Below are positions 14,016 through 25,606 of a DNA stretch of 64,000 nucleotides, piece after piece. The notes below the pieces were generated by a model that saw only the letters and a program-made list of their open reading frames with translations, searched no databases and was not told where the DNA came from. This DNA is from Pseudogymnoascus verrucosus (taxonomy: Eukaryota). Position numbers and translations under genes: made by a program. How positions within the stretch are numbered: position 1 is the stretch's first letter; each line of letters opens with the position of its first letter. The stretch lies in assembly GCA_001662655.1 (NCBI GenBank), contig KV460238.1; one strand, 5' to 3'.

Positions 14016-14808
14016 TGTTGTGAAGCGCTCCTCGAATAAACCTCATCTGCTCAACGACTTTGATCGATAGCTCTTGCGTTGGGGCAGGTATGACATAGCA
14101 GTCCCGCTGGGTCTACCGTAAGACCTTGGGTTCTAGGCGTATTGGGCGTGTCTCATCGGCATAGAGCACGAGATTCTAGCAAGAGGAGTTGGCGAATATC
14201 TTAGTCCCTCGTGAACTAAATAGTTGGTCATTTGACATGTGGTTCTGGGGACCCCAGTTCTTGGTTAGTGGTGGCACGTTGTGGCCGTGCATCGGCGGGT
14301 AACGAGAGGTTGTGGACTGACCGCCCGCAATCGCTGGGCTGGTAGTACTGCCACCACGAAAATATCTTGCGTCTACGAATATATGGATTATATTTTAATA
14401 TTAGCCGGAAATAATCAAATTCAAGCCAGTATAAGTAGCTTTCAACAATATATGAGCTATAGTTTGTACCAGTGGTGGGACTTGTCCACAGGTCCCGCAG
14501 TAGCAAGGCTGATAGGCCTTGTTTCAAACCCAAATGAGAACCACCAAATCCCTCTTTATCAGCCCAGATCTCTTTTGACTGCCAGTTCAAAACCAATAGA
14601 TTATGGGATATCGCAAACTACTATCACACTCAGTAATATTGTAGTGGGTGCGGAATTAATCCAGTGAGAGTGAGCTTCTTTGACATTTCATATATCATCG
14701 TTAGGCTTGTATCCCTTCAACTAATGCCCGAATCAAAATCCCCAACGCCATTCTCTGCATAATTACGCCCGCAATCCATGTATACAGCTTATCGATGCAA
14801 TCTCTCCC

Positions 14809-15296
14809 TCATGACTTGATCATCTTGTTCCTCTTCTCCTTCCTCTTCAGCCTCTCCACTCTCTTCCTGTGCATTGTCTCTGCTAGCTTCTCGTATCGCG
14901 CCTTCTCCTCCTTCGCAGCACGCTTGTCCTTGAGCGCTGTTATCCTCCTCTGTAAATATATTAGCAACAGTCCGCTAATCCTTGGTTCTGAAAGAAAGCT
15001 GTGCGCCCTCGAGTCGGTCTGCCACTTACTTGACGCTCGGCTTCCTTCTCTTCCTTCATCTCCTTCTCCTTTGCCTTCACAACGTTCATGGCCACTCTCT
15101 CCGCATTTCGCTTCTCATACGTATCGTTGCCAGCTTTCGGGCGGAATGCGCTCTTCAAAGCGTGCCATTGCTTTCCTGGTGGGTTGTCAGTGTGAGCTTC
15201 AATGGCAGTACTTGTTCAGGACATACCGTTTTTGCGCATTCCATAGGCAGGTTTCTCAGCTGGCTGGCTTGCAGCATCTGCGACGGCGGTAGACAT
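14809..15296 (-). CDS. CGR1: rRNA-processing protein Cgr1
   Basis: Three exons giving GMRKNGKQWH..KSAFRP...[53 protein letters not shown]. Confidence 0.9.
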
Positions 15297-15446
15297 AATT
15301 CCGGCGATTTTGCAGGAAAGAAAGTCGGGAATGAGTGGTTGAAAATAACGTTATTTGGAAAGTCTTTCCCTTATCGATTTGGTGGATAAAAGATTCGGGA
15401 AGCATAAATTATCCGCACTATAGTTTTTCCCCACACCGAGAATATA

Positions 15447-15501
15447 ATCTGATGATCTGATAAAGAATCACAAATCAGATAAAGCATCACAAATCAGATC
15501 A
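15447..15501. promoter_or_regulatory. Cluster of SreA/GATA-type ATCWGATAA motifs in the CGR1 / ornithine-carrier divergent promoter
   Basis: ATCTGATAA at 15455-15463 and ATCAGATAA at 15474-15482, with near matches at 15447 (ATCTGATGA) and 15493 (ATCAGATCA). Confidence 0.55.
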
Positions 15502-15877
15502 ACCATGCAGTTTAAGGGTAGCGCTCCCGTGCCGATAACAGTCAGATCCGATAGAGACACTAAGTTTTTATCTATTTGCGCGCAAACACAGCAAGTGTAA
15601 CACAAGGACTTTGCGCCATTATTTACCACCAAATTATCTCATACAAAAATCTCTCGTATATACCTGATCAAGATAAGCCCTAAACCCAGCAGCACTGTCA
15701 CAAGGGAACGTGTTTGCCCCGCACTTCATCTCACCGACCCCAATCTTACTGTTTCTGACCGCCCCTCTCCCTTCAAAATGGTAACTCGATAACAACCGCC
15801 ACACGCTCTTTCGGTTTACAAATTTAAAGACGCAATTTACTAATTGCGGGAGCATCTTCTGCTCCAAGTCACTTGCA

Positions 15878-16972
15878 ATGGACGCCACAGACCGCCAGAC
15901 TGGTGCTGAGTCACCGAAGAGCATGGTCTTGGAGCAAGCCCCCAGACTCCAGATCAACGGGGCGAGTGCACTCATGGATGCTGTTGAAGATGTCTTATTT
16001 GGCTCTGTAAGTGTTCTATTGTTCCCCATTCCTTCTCTTTTATGCATTGTTCAAAGGCTGACTCTATGCAAGATTGCAGGCATCGCAGGAAAATTCATCG
16101 AGTACCCATTCGACACCGTGAAGGTTCGGCTACAGTCACAACCCGATACCAAACCTCTCCGATATGCAGGGCCACTCGATTGCTTCAGGCAGTCCTGGCG
16201 CCAGGAAGGCATGGCCGGTCTATACCGAGGGATCAGTGCTCCGCTAGTCGGCGCAGCATTGGAGAACAGCAGCCTTTTCGTCTCCGAACAAGCAGCACAG
16301 AAACTACTATTCGCCTCCGGATTATACAATTCAGATTCCCCCCTACCTCTCTCGGCATTGTTCTGCACAGGAGGTATGGCAGGAGCAGTCACCTCCCTCG
16401 TCCTCACTCCCGTCGAGCTCGTCAAATGCAAGATGCAAGTACCGACCGCCACCGGCCCCGATGGTTTAATCACAAAACACCAAACTGTCTCCTCCATCAT
16501 CCGCAACGTGTTTCGTCACCAAGGCCTCATGGGCTTCTGGCACGGGCAAATGGGGACGTTGATTCGTGAGACTGGAGGCTGCGCAGCGTGGTTCGGGAGT
16601 AAAGAGACTGTCTCGATGCTGTTCCGCAAATACAACGAGAAGAAGAGAGGCACCGTGGATCCACACGTACACGGTTCTGTCCACCCTCCGTTGCCACTAT
16701 GGCAGCAAGCGGTGGCTGGTGCGTCGGCGGGAATGTCATATAATTTCCTGTTCTTCCCCGCTGATACGGTGAAGTCGCGGATGCAGACATCGGCAGTTAA
16801 TGGGGCTGAGAAGCAACCAAGCTTCTGGGCGGAAGGAAAGGCGCTTTGGAAGCAGGCGGGCCTCAAGGGGATGTATCGTGGTTGTGGGATCACTGTTTTT
16901 AGATCGGCACCTGCATCAGCGTTTATTTTTATCATATACGATGGTTTGAAGAGGGAGCTGCATTTCTCTTGA
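15878..16972 (+). CDS. ORT1: Mitochondrial ornithine carrier (Ort1/ARG-13/AmcA type, SLC25 family)
   Basis: In-frame intron 16007-16072. Three carrier signatures: [20 protein letters not shown] and [10 protein letters not shown]. Also [10 protein letters not shown] and LIRETGG.AAWF, typical of ornithine carriers. Confidence 0.85.
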   Translation: MDATDRQTGAESPKSMVLEQAPRLQINGASALMDAVEDVLFGSVSVLLFPIPSLLCIVQRLTLCKIAGIAGKFIEYPFDTVKVRLQSQPDTKPLRYAGPLDCFRQSWRQEGMAGLYRGISAPLVGAALENSSLFVSEQAAQKLLFASGLYNSDSPLPLSALFCTGGMAGAVTSLVLTPVELVKCKMQVPTATGPDGLITKHQTVSSIIRNVFRHQGLMGFWHGQMGTLIRETGGCAAWFGSKETVSMLFRKYNEKKRGTVDPHVHGSVHPPLPLWQQAVAGASAGMSYNFLFFPADTVKSRMQTSAVNGAEKQPSFWAEGKALWKQAGLKGMYRGCGITVFRSAPASAFIFIIYDGLKRELHFS

Positions 16973-17395
16973 GCTTAGAGAATGGCGTTTGGGGATAGAG
17001 GCTGCATTGTTGTTAGATGATGGGTCGTCTTTGATGAGCTTTCGAAGTGTATATATATGGGCACTTGGACGACGCTGAACTGGTACATGAGGTTGCAGGA
17101 AGATATTATTGGTATAGAGGGGAGGGTTGAATAAAGCGGCAGACATATGGGCGGCGTTTTGGGCTTCTTTTCGATAGATTGATGAGTAGCACGAAACAAG
17201 ATACTTTTTAAGAGTGATAACTTTACATTTGTTTTCCAACTAAACCTACAGTAATGACTGGAAGAAAGCCATTGACTTATACTAACGATACATCTTGTTT
17301 CCCCTAAATATCACAAATAGTTCAATTTCCAATTAATCCGCCCCTTCCCTTCCCTTTCCCTCCCGTATCACATCCGCCGGTAACATACATCCATC

Positions 17396-18059
17396 CTAAG
17401 GCTTCTCATCAACAAACTTCGTGTGTCCCGGCTTCGACGACGGCGGAGAATCAACTGTCTTATCCGACAAATCCCAGTTATTCAAATACCCAACCGCAGT
17501 ACTCAAATAACTCGCATAGCACAACCACCCCAAATACGGAACCATACACCACCCCGCCACCGCATCAACCTTGCCCCAGAGATACGTCATATACCCCACC
17601 GTCCCCGTGAGCGCGAGGATATCAACAGTAGCTTCGATTGGGCGCTTGGCCACGAAGAACAGCGGCATCCAGAGGAGGTTCAGACCAAGCTGGATCGTGT
17701 ACAGCGTTGCTCCGTGCTTGGTTGCTTGGATGACGTTGGGGGAGCGCAGGGGGGAGAGACCAGCGTTGCAGGCGCGGAAGGCGCCGTAGCCCATGAGGCC
17801 GTAGAAGAGGGTCCAGAGGGGACCGAAGATCTCGGGGGGTGGGCGGCAGGGGGGCTGCTTGAGGGCCATGTAGTTCTTTTGGTTCTCGCGGGCTGTGTTG
17901 GGGGGTTAGTTTGGGGGGCTGAGAAGGGGGAAGGGGGTGGCACGTACGTCGAGATGAGAATCCAACGGCGGTTCCTAGAGCCACGGGGAGGAGAATGGAG
18001 GTGGCGGGGTTGAGGAGGATCCCCGAGGGGATCGTGAGTGAGGGTATGTAGGTGGTCAT
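17396..18059 (-). CDS. TspO/MBR family (translocator protein) membrane protein
   Basis: Intron 17893-17947. Y.ALKQPPCRPPPEIFGPLWTLFYGLMGY, QLGLNLLWMPLFF and PYLGWL.YA.YL. Confidence 0.9.
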
Positions 18060-19285
18060 CGTTGCTGAGGGATGAATTATCAGTTTTGAATCCCTTTGGT
18101 GGCTTTTTGACAGCGTGGTCTAGAATAGAAAGAGGCTTGATGAAAGATAATAAAACAGCAGCTGCCCAGAATAGACACTGAAGGTAAACACTGAGTTCCA
18201 AAGTGGCTTCAGAACCATTGTTCATACTGGGGCGATTGAAGCGTTCGCCCTACGTCATAGGCTCTTATCGTGAAGCTCGTCCCCATGGACACTCATATGC
18301 ACCATTGACGTGACAGGCGCTGTGAGTATGAATTGAAATGGAAAACTCACCTAGTTTGATTCACGCAATTGAGTGACTCTTGAATGGATAAGCAGTTTTG
18401 AGGAAATAATAAGCAACGAAGTGTGAAGAGAATAGATGGGTTGGCTAGTATGGAATGGAACTTGGTCTCACGTTGATTGTGGGCTGTCATGACACAACGG
18501 GGCGAGGAATGGTCCGAAGGTTACCATGGCTGCCATATGCTAAAATATGCTAAAGCAGCGTTGCAGTGGTGGTATTCCTTGTGGTGGTCGCCGTGGCGGT
18601 CTTCGCGTCTTCACGCCGTGCTGGGGACCATTTGCAGCACCCAAGCACCACCATTGACACCACTGTATCCAATAGCTTGCCGTATCCGACCCTTAGCGCC
18701 CCCCAAGTCACAACGCCGACTACTGTACAAGCTCTCGCGCGCCTCATCTTCTCCGCATTTCGATCTTCCCAAGTCCACCCTCCTCACATACATTCTACCC
18801 GCCTCTTATTCCGCCTCCCAATTCAATCGAGGAGCTTCATTTTGCGCGCTGAAGCTGCTTCGTACTATTCAATCTCTTGTTGGTTACATCCTTCCCTCGC
18901 ACCAATTCTTGCATTCAATACCTTCCTGTTTCTTAATACCTACATACTGGCTTTCGCTCCTCCTCCATCTCAACACCTCACATGCACACACCTCCGCTGC
19001 CTTCAATCATCGGCATTAGATAGCACTCTTCATACTTCACTTGCACCTCCCTTGTTTTCACATTATTTGCGCACCTCTACCTTATCCTATACTTTTGAAG
19101 CAATCCTCTGACAGTCAATCATGTCGACAAACAGCAGCCCCTTCGGTGTCACAATCTCATCACAATCACTGGGTATAACTTGACACGAAGCAACGCGAGC
19201 TCTTTGTAGCTACAAAGACAACAAAGCCGCCACGACTTATTTCCGATTCTGTATACCAAGCAAAGACAACAGTTGAACCTCGGAA

Positions 19286-22200
19286 ATGGCGAGCTACCAA
19301 TACAGCAGGGAACCTCCCCTCACACGATCGCCGACGGAGAGGGATACCTGGACTAGTCGGGATGATGCGCGGCCAAGCGACCGCCCAGAACGCCCGGATT
19401 CTTTCTATCGTGGCAGATCCCCTGGTATGTGATTTATTATACTTGCGCTTTGTGGCCTGTTTGGTCTCCGGCATGACTCCGCGGTGTCATTGCCCTTCGA
19501 AGTCTGGCTCTTTGAGTTTACATTCACTTCACACTTCCTCAAATCTGGAGTCATGCTCATGTTCATCATTGCGGCCACGTTTTGGTACTACTTTGAATGT
19601 CACTTACTTATCACCCCCCTTGCAGGTGCCGACCGCCAACGTAGGCCACGAAACCGCACCCGTTCGCCATTAGCAGTCGACCGATACGAACCTGGCCCTC
19701 GGCTACCTCGCGACGATTATGGCGGACCCAGAGATCGAGATGAGCGACGCAGGCCATCGCCAGGGCCTGCCCATATCGACCGATACATTCCAGGCCAGGA
19801 TTCTGGCAGTGCTCCTATCACAGTGAACCCACTGGCTGATCCATCGAAACTACAATTTCAAGTGGGGTTTTCATACTTTGGAGAATGGTGGAGGACGAAT
19901 GAAAAGATCAAGGAGGAGAAAGAGCGACAAAAGACGGGAAGGAGGCGAGAGCCAGAGAGAGTTCGTGGTCAACGGGAGTCTCAGGAAGATCGCGACAAGG
20001 AAAAGGCACGCATACAGGTCGCATACGACGCTTATAAAGAAGACCTCCAGGCAAAGATGGCGAAAACGTTTGTTCAGGAGCACAAAAACGAGCAATGGTT
20101 TCAAGAGAGGTACATGGCCGAGGTTAGAGAGCCATTGAAGGCGAGGCTCAACGACTTTCGCCGCCTAAATTATACTCGATGGGAGCGGGACTTGGATGCA
20201 GGAATGTTTGATGAATATTCGCTGGAGGGCATTCCAAAGGGCGAAATTAATAGCTCGGGCGCGCTTATCGAGAAAGAAGAGGGCGAAACTACAGCTACGA
20301 ACGAGGTCCTTGGAGTTGGGGATCTCCTACCTTCGAAAGGAAGTGATATAAGAGACGAAGATGCTTTCCTACCGACACTACTCATCAAAACGATCGCTCC
20401 TCATGTCAATCGTGATAACGTTGTTTCATTCTGCAAAGAGCACCTTGGCGAGGGCGAAGGAGGTTTCAAATGGCTCAGTTTGAGCGACCCCAACCCAAGC
20501 AAGCGATATCATCGGATAGGCTGGGTTATGCTGAATCCCGGATCAGATGCCTCTGCCCCCTCATATCGTCCCGAGGCAAACGAAGAGGATGGCGAGGCTC
20601 CAGAACAGCCGGCTGCCCCGGTGTCTGTAGCCGACAAGGCTTTGGAGGCCATCAATGGCAAACAAGTTAAGGATGAAGTGCGCGGGGACTTCACCTGCCA
20701 TGTCGGCGTCCACGTGCCACCTTTGATGCCAAGGAAAAAGGCTCTTTGGGACCTGTTCTCAGCTCCTGAGCGCATCGAGAAGGACCTTGACCTCGCTTCA
20801 AAGCTGATCAACAAATATGAAGAGGACTTTGGATCAGATTTCAATGCCGTTCTCAAGATTGAAGAGAAGGTTGACGAACTCAAGAGCCAAGGACTCATCA
20901 AGCCTGCGTTACCTGCGCCGAAAAAAGCTAAGGCTGAACGCAACAGCGACGAGGCTATGGCCGATGTTGAAGAAGGCGAGGAAGATGAGGAAGACGAAGG
21001 CGCCGTCGATGATGAAGTTGACGATGATGAGCTGCTGGTGAAGAAGAAACAACTTGATCTGATGGTTGAATACTTGCGACGAGTCTTCAACTTCTGCTTC
21101 TTCTGCGTTTTCGAGAGTGATTCTATTCACGAACTGACTCGCAAGTGTCCGGGTGGCCATCTTCGTCGCCCAAGAAATACGTTGACTACCTCGGCCAAGG
21201 CTGCGGCACGGGCTAGCGCCAACGGCGAGCCCCTTCCTGACAGGAAGAAGAGTGATGCAGAGGAGGGCGAGGCTCCTGGTTCGCCAGAGACGGACAGAAA
21301 GTTCAACCGCAATAGCACTGCATCGAAGACGGAGCAGCAGCTTCAGCGTGCGTTCAATTGGGTAAAGACTTTCGAGGAGAAGATCTTGCAAATAATTGAG
21401 CCAGAGAACATCGATGTTCGCAAGCTTGGCGGAAGACCAGTGGAAGAGGCAGTGGAGGAAGAGATGGCCAAGCATGTGAAACAGGAGGATGAGCATAAAT
21501 ACCGCTGTCATGTTCCGGAGTGCACGAAGCTCTTCAAGGAAGAACATTTCTGGAAGAAGCACGTGGAGAAGAGACATCCGGAGTGGCTTGAAGGTATTAA
21601 GAAAGAAGTAAGTCTACACCCAACTCAGCACCCGTGCTTTTACTAACAATACCCCAGTTTGAGCTAGTTAATACCTACGTCTCTGATCCAGCACACATCG
21701 CTCCGTCCCGTTCCGACGCGAACAGCAACGGCCACTTCCCACCCGCCAACGGCCACCAGCCAGCAGGCACACCCCGCGGCTTCAACCTAAATTCCTTCGG
21801 TATGAACGGAATCCCTCCACTAGGCAGCTTCGGCCCACCAGGCCAATTCCCAGCCTTGTTCGCCGGCCACTCCGTCCAAGCACCTCTTGGATGGGCACCC
21901 GGCGGCGACGACCGTAGCGGAGGTCCCATCCGCCGCGGCGGCGGACGCTTCGGCAACCCACGTACTGGACCATATGATAGACGCCCTGCAGACAGGAGAT
22001 GGGCCAATGAAAGTGGCAGGCTCAGTCCCCCCGGTGGACGAAATGGCAGGCCTGGCGCGACTGGTGCGGGGAGATGGGGCGATGGAGGAGCGGGTGGCGC
22101 GGCCCCGCCGCCGAGAGAGGCGGTAGCTGGGAGGAGTCTGAAGAGCTACGAGGATCTCGATGCGGTTGCTGGCGGGGCGGGCGGGGAGTTGAATTACTAG
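19286..22200 (+). CDS. ARS2/SERRATE (arsenite-resistance protein 2) RNA effector with a C2H2 zinc finger
   Basis: ATG at 19286 (MASYQYSREPP...), introns 19425-19625 and 21608-21657. FVQEHKNEQWFQERY, LDLMVEYLRRVFNFCFFC, KYRCHVPECTKLFKEEHFWKKHVEKRH; C-terminus RSLKSYEDLDA...ELNY. Confidence 0.85.
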
Positions 22201-22780
22201 TTTCTGAGTGCTTGCTTTTTTTCTGGAGTGGAACGAATAGGGTTATATGCGGGCAGGGTTCAGGACGTATCAAATTGCATGGCATAGTAGAAGCTTGCGG
22301 GCTCTGTCGGGTCGCGGCTCTGGTTGGGCTGCTCAGGGCTACAGCTTTGCGATTATGGGGTATTGCTGGCGATTTTTTTGCACGGGTGGGGGACTGGGAT
22401 ATGATATTGGGAATTGAGGTAGCTCGCAAAAGCTCGTTGTAAGATAGCATATAGTTTTCTCAGGTGGCAATACAGGGCATACTTTGCATTATAACATCTT
22501 GGTTTTTATATTTCTTGGATGCTTAGATTCTCTTGTTTTAATTCTAGTTGCCCTTTAATATTGTGTTGATTTGTGTTCTCGATTATATTGACTCAACAAA
22601 CAATTAATGACCTCAGTGGCAAGGCAAGGTATGGGGGTAAGACCGATTACACACAATTTAGTAGCAATACGACTTATCAATTTATTGGGCGGTCACATCG
22701 AGTAAGTCAGCTATCCTTTCTCATTAGGCACAGACTAATTGTATGACGGGGCACTAGACATTTCGTTCTAATAAGGTTTT

Positions 22781-22835
22781 GACGGGTCGATGTCGTTCCG
22801 GGCGATCGACAACCCCGGAACGACATCGACCCGTC
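22781..22835. repeat. Perfect 22-bp inverted repeat with an 11-nt loop
   Basis: GACGGGTCGATGTCGTTCCGGG (22781-22802) and its exact reverse complement at 22814-22835. Confidence 0.95.
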
Positions 22836-23065
22836 CAAATTCCCTAGGGTACGCAATCGAGGGATACCCGCACGAGGCTGCTCGAAACAAAATGTCTTCT
22901 CGACGTTAAGACAGCCTAGGTGGATAAGGAGCCAGAGCAGCAGAATCTACAAACACCCACCGTCCCGTTCGCACCCAGAACTTCCACTATGTCTGATATA
23001 CCCAAGCCTTCCTCCCCCGTCGCGAATAGGGGGTTCGCTCACCTCGCCGTCGCACCTAAAGTACG

Positions 23066-25150
23066 ATGACCCGCATTACGCCGCGAACATGCCTGTACCC
23101 CCTCGCCGCCTCTCTCGTCGTCGCCTTCGCTCTCTCCATCTCCCTCACCTTCCGTTCCAACCATCACTGCTACGCTGCTACCTGCGGCGAGTGGCTCTTT
23201 CCCCTACAAGCCCGCCTCCACGTCGCAGTCTGGTACTCTTGGCTCTCCCTCTTCGTCACCTTCCTAGCCGTGCGTGCGTTCTCGCCAGAGCTGCGCCGAT
23301 TCCTACGGCTTCCGGTTCCTGGGTTGGAGAAGTACGTCGCTCTTAGCGGGTTGTTGGTGGGAGTCTGGGTCGTGGTGTTGTATGGCGCGCTCATCGGGGT
23401 GTGGTGGTGGCGGCTGCGTGACTACTTCGTTGCCCGGGGCCATGAGGGTGGCATTGAGAAGGGGAATGGCACACTCGCTGCTATTGCTCTCTTAGGACAC
23501 CTGTGCGATGTCACGCTGGGGATGGTGCTTGTCCCTATCTCACGGCATAGCGCACTCGCGTCCTTCTTCTCGCTGTCTGTATCGACGACACTGATGTTCC
23601 ATATGGCGACTGCGTACACTCTGTTCGGACTTGTCATGATCCACGGATTTCTGTATGTGTCGTGGGTGCCGACCTTCAATGCTCTGTCGGCGCAGCTGAG
23701 GATGGTGTTCCCGGTGCTCAATCCAACATATCTATACCATGAAACGTGGCCAGGGAATACAAGTGCGCTAGGAGTGTGGAGGGCATCGCTCATTTTCTCG
23801 GGGGTTTTAACTACGGCGATTATGACGCTCATTGCTGTGACGACGGTGCCGGTAGTGAGGAGGAAGCACTTCGATCTGTTTTACTATACGCACCTGCTAA
23901 TTATACCGGGGGTGATAATCATCTGTCTCCATGCGAGCACGATCTTCTATTGCGCTGCACCTGGACTTCTAATGTGGGTGCTGGATTGGGGGATGCGCCT
24001 ATACGAGTTGCGAAGGAGATTAGACGGCAAGATCACGACTGTTGGGAACGGCTGGTATTGGTATGATACTCTCACAGTATGCGGATCTAGAGCACCTAAG
24101 CTAACAACATCTAGCCTCACGCTCCTCCTTCCCCGCCACCGCCTCGATGGCTGCGCTTGCACCTCTCCACTCGCTCACTTCTACCTCTACCACTCGGGCT
24201 CCTCAATGCGGCAACTCCATCCTTTCACAACTATTACGCATCTAGCGTCGCAGAACGCCGCTACGCCGCTATCCGAAGATGACTTCCTTATTTGCTTCCT
24301 CTTCCGCAAGCAGGGCAGGACAACCCAAACCCCCGAGCCCTCGACACTTGACAATAGATTCACGCTCCTCAGATATCTCAGGCGTACGAGAACTGCCTCG
24401 CCAGCTGAATGGACGGATAGACTAGCTAGCTTGGCTGATAAAGCAGCCCTCACTACAGATTCCCCACTACATCGTGATGCAGCTATCCCCGACCCAGAGG
24501 GGCCTTTCACCATGCTCACCTCCCCAAGAGCTTGGATTAATACAGCCCATGCCGCTCTTGGTATCCGCGCCGAAGGCCCATACTTCACCCCCGCGGACCC
24601 CGCACGCTACCACACCGTCGTCTGCATTGTCGCTGGAACGGGTATCAGTGGTGCGCTAGCAATCATCAGTGCCTTTGCCGCACAGAAGACAAGGGATGCT
24701 GAGAATGCCGCAGAGACGGATATGTGCGTGCCGGGAACTTGTAGCGCGGTGCAAGAGCCTGTGCCGGTACCGGTTGGTGGCCGGAGAATGTGGGAGCGTT
24801 GCGTGGTGGTGTGGAGTGTGCGAGAGGCTGATTACATTGCCTTGCCCGCTTTGATAGGTAAGAACCACTCACACCCTTACGGCCCGTTTCTCGTCGGGCT
24901 GCGCCTGTCTGCCTGGCGTTGCTAACGAGTATGAGTAGACCATGGAATCTCAAACCTGGAAGTGCAAGTCCACCTCACTGGCAACGGAAGGCCGAGGCTA
25001 GATGTTGTGAAGACCCTGGCGGACGTGAGGGAGGAAGAGAGGAAAACGTGGGTTTATCTGTCGGGACCGAATGCGTTCATCGAGGCGGGGGAGGTTGCGT
25101 GTAGAGCTAGCGGGGGCGTCGAGTGGTTTGGGGCACGGTGGAGTATTTGA
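23066..25150 (+). CDS. Ferric reductase / NADPH-oxidase family transmembrane oxidoreductase
   Basis: Introns 24061-24114 and 24858-24938. Multiple TM helices with heme-ligand His pairs (MFH...MIHG; YTH...CLHA), FAD motif LHPFT, EGPY, NADPH motif IVAGTGIS and YLSGPNAF. Confidence 0.85.
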
Positions 25151-25606
25151 TTTTTTGGGGCAAAAAGGGGAGATATATGGGACACGATATTTCTTCGTTG
25201 CTTCGACAAGACTGTAACAGTAAATGGGTCATAACTATATCTAAACCTCTCCCTAGCTAGAGGCGCCAATGGCTTGGGCATAGCACTGGTCTTGGAACAT
25301 TTTTAAAAAAGCATTCAAAACCGCTTCTATGATATAAACTTAACTTTATAGTTACTATGGACAAAGACAGACCTCATTACTCCATAATATATCTATGCCT
25401 AGTCTGTATTGCTAGCTTATCTAATAAATGCTGTAAGAAAGGTTGCATTGGAAGTCGTCGGGGCGCGCTAAGATTTAATTTCAGACGATATCATAAATCA
25501 CAACAGACCATATTATTCATTAAAATATTTATATCATGGGCTACACAGCCTTTGACTGATTTCTATTCATAATATGATATAATACAGTTTAGCTTGTATC
25601 TCCATT

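Noticed and set aside
18477..19111. 180-aa ORFs upstream of ARS2
   Set aside because: Pyrimidine-rich promoter/5'-UTR-like sequence with non-ATG starts and no motifs.
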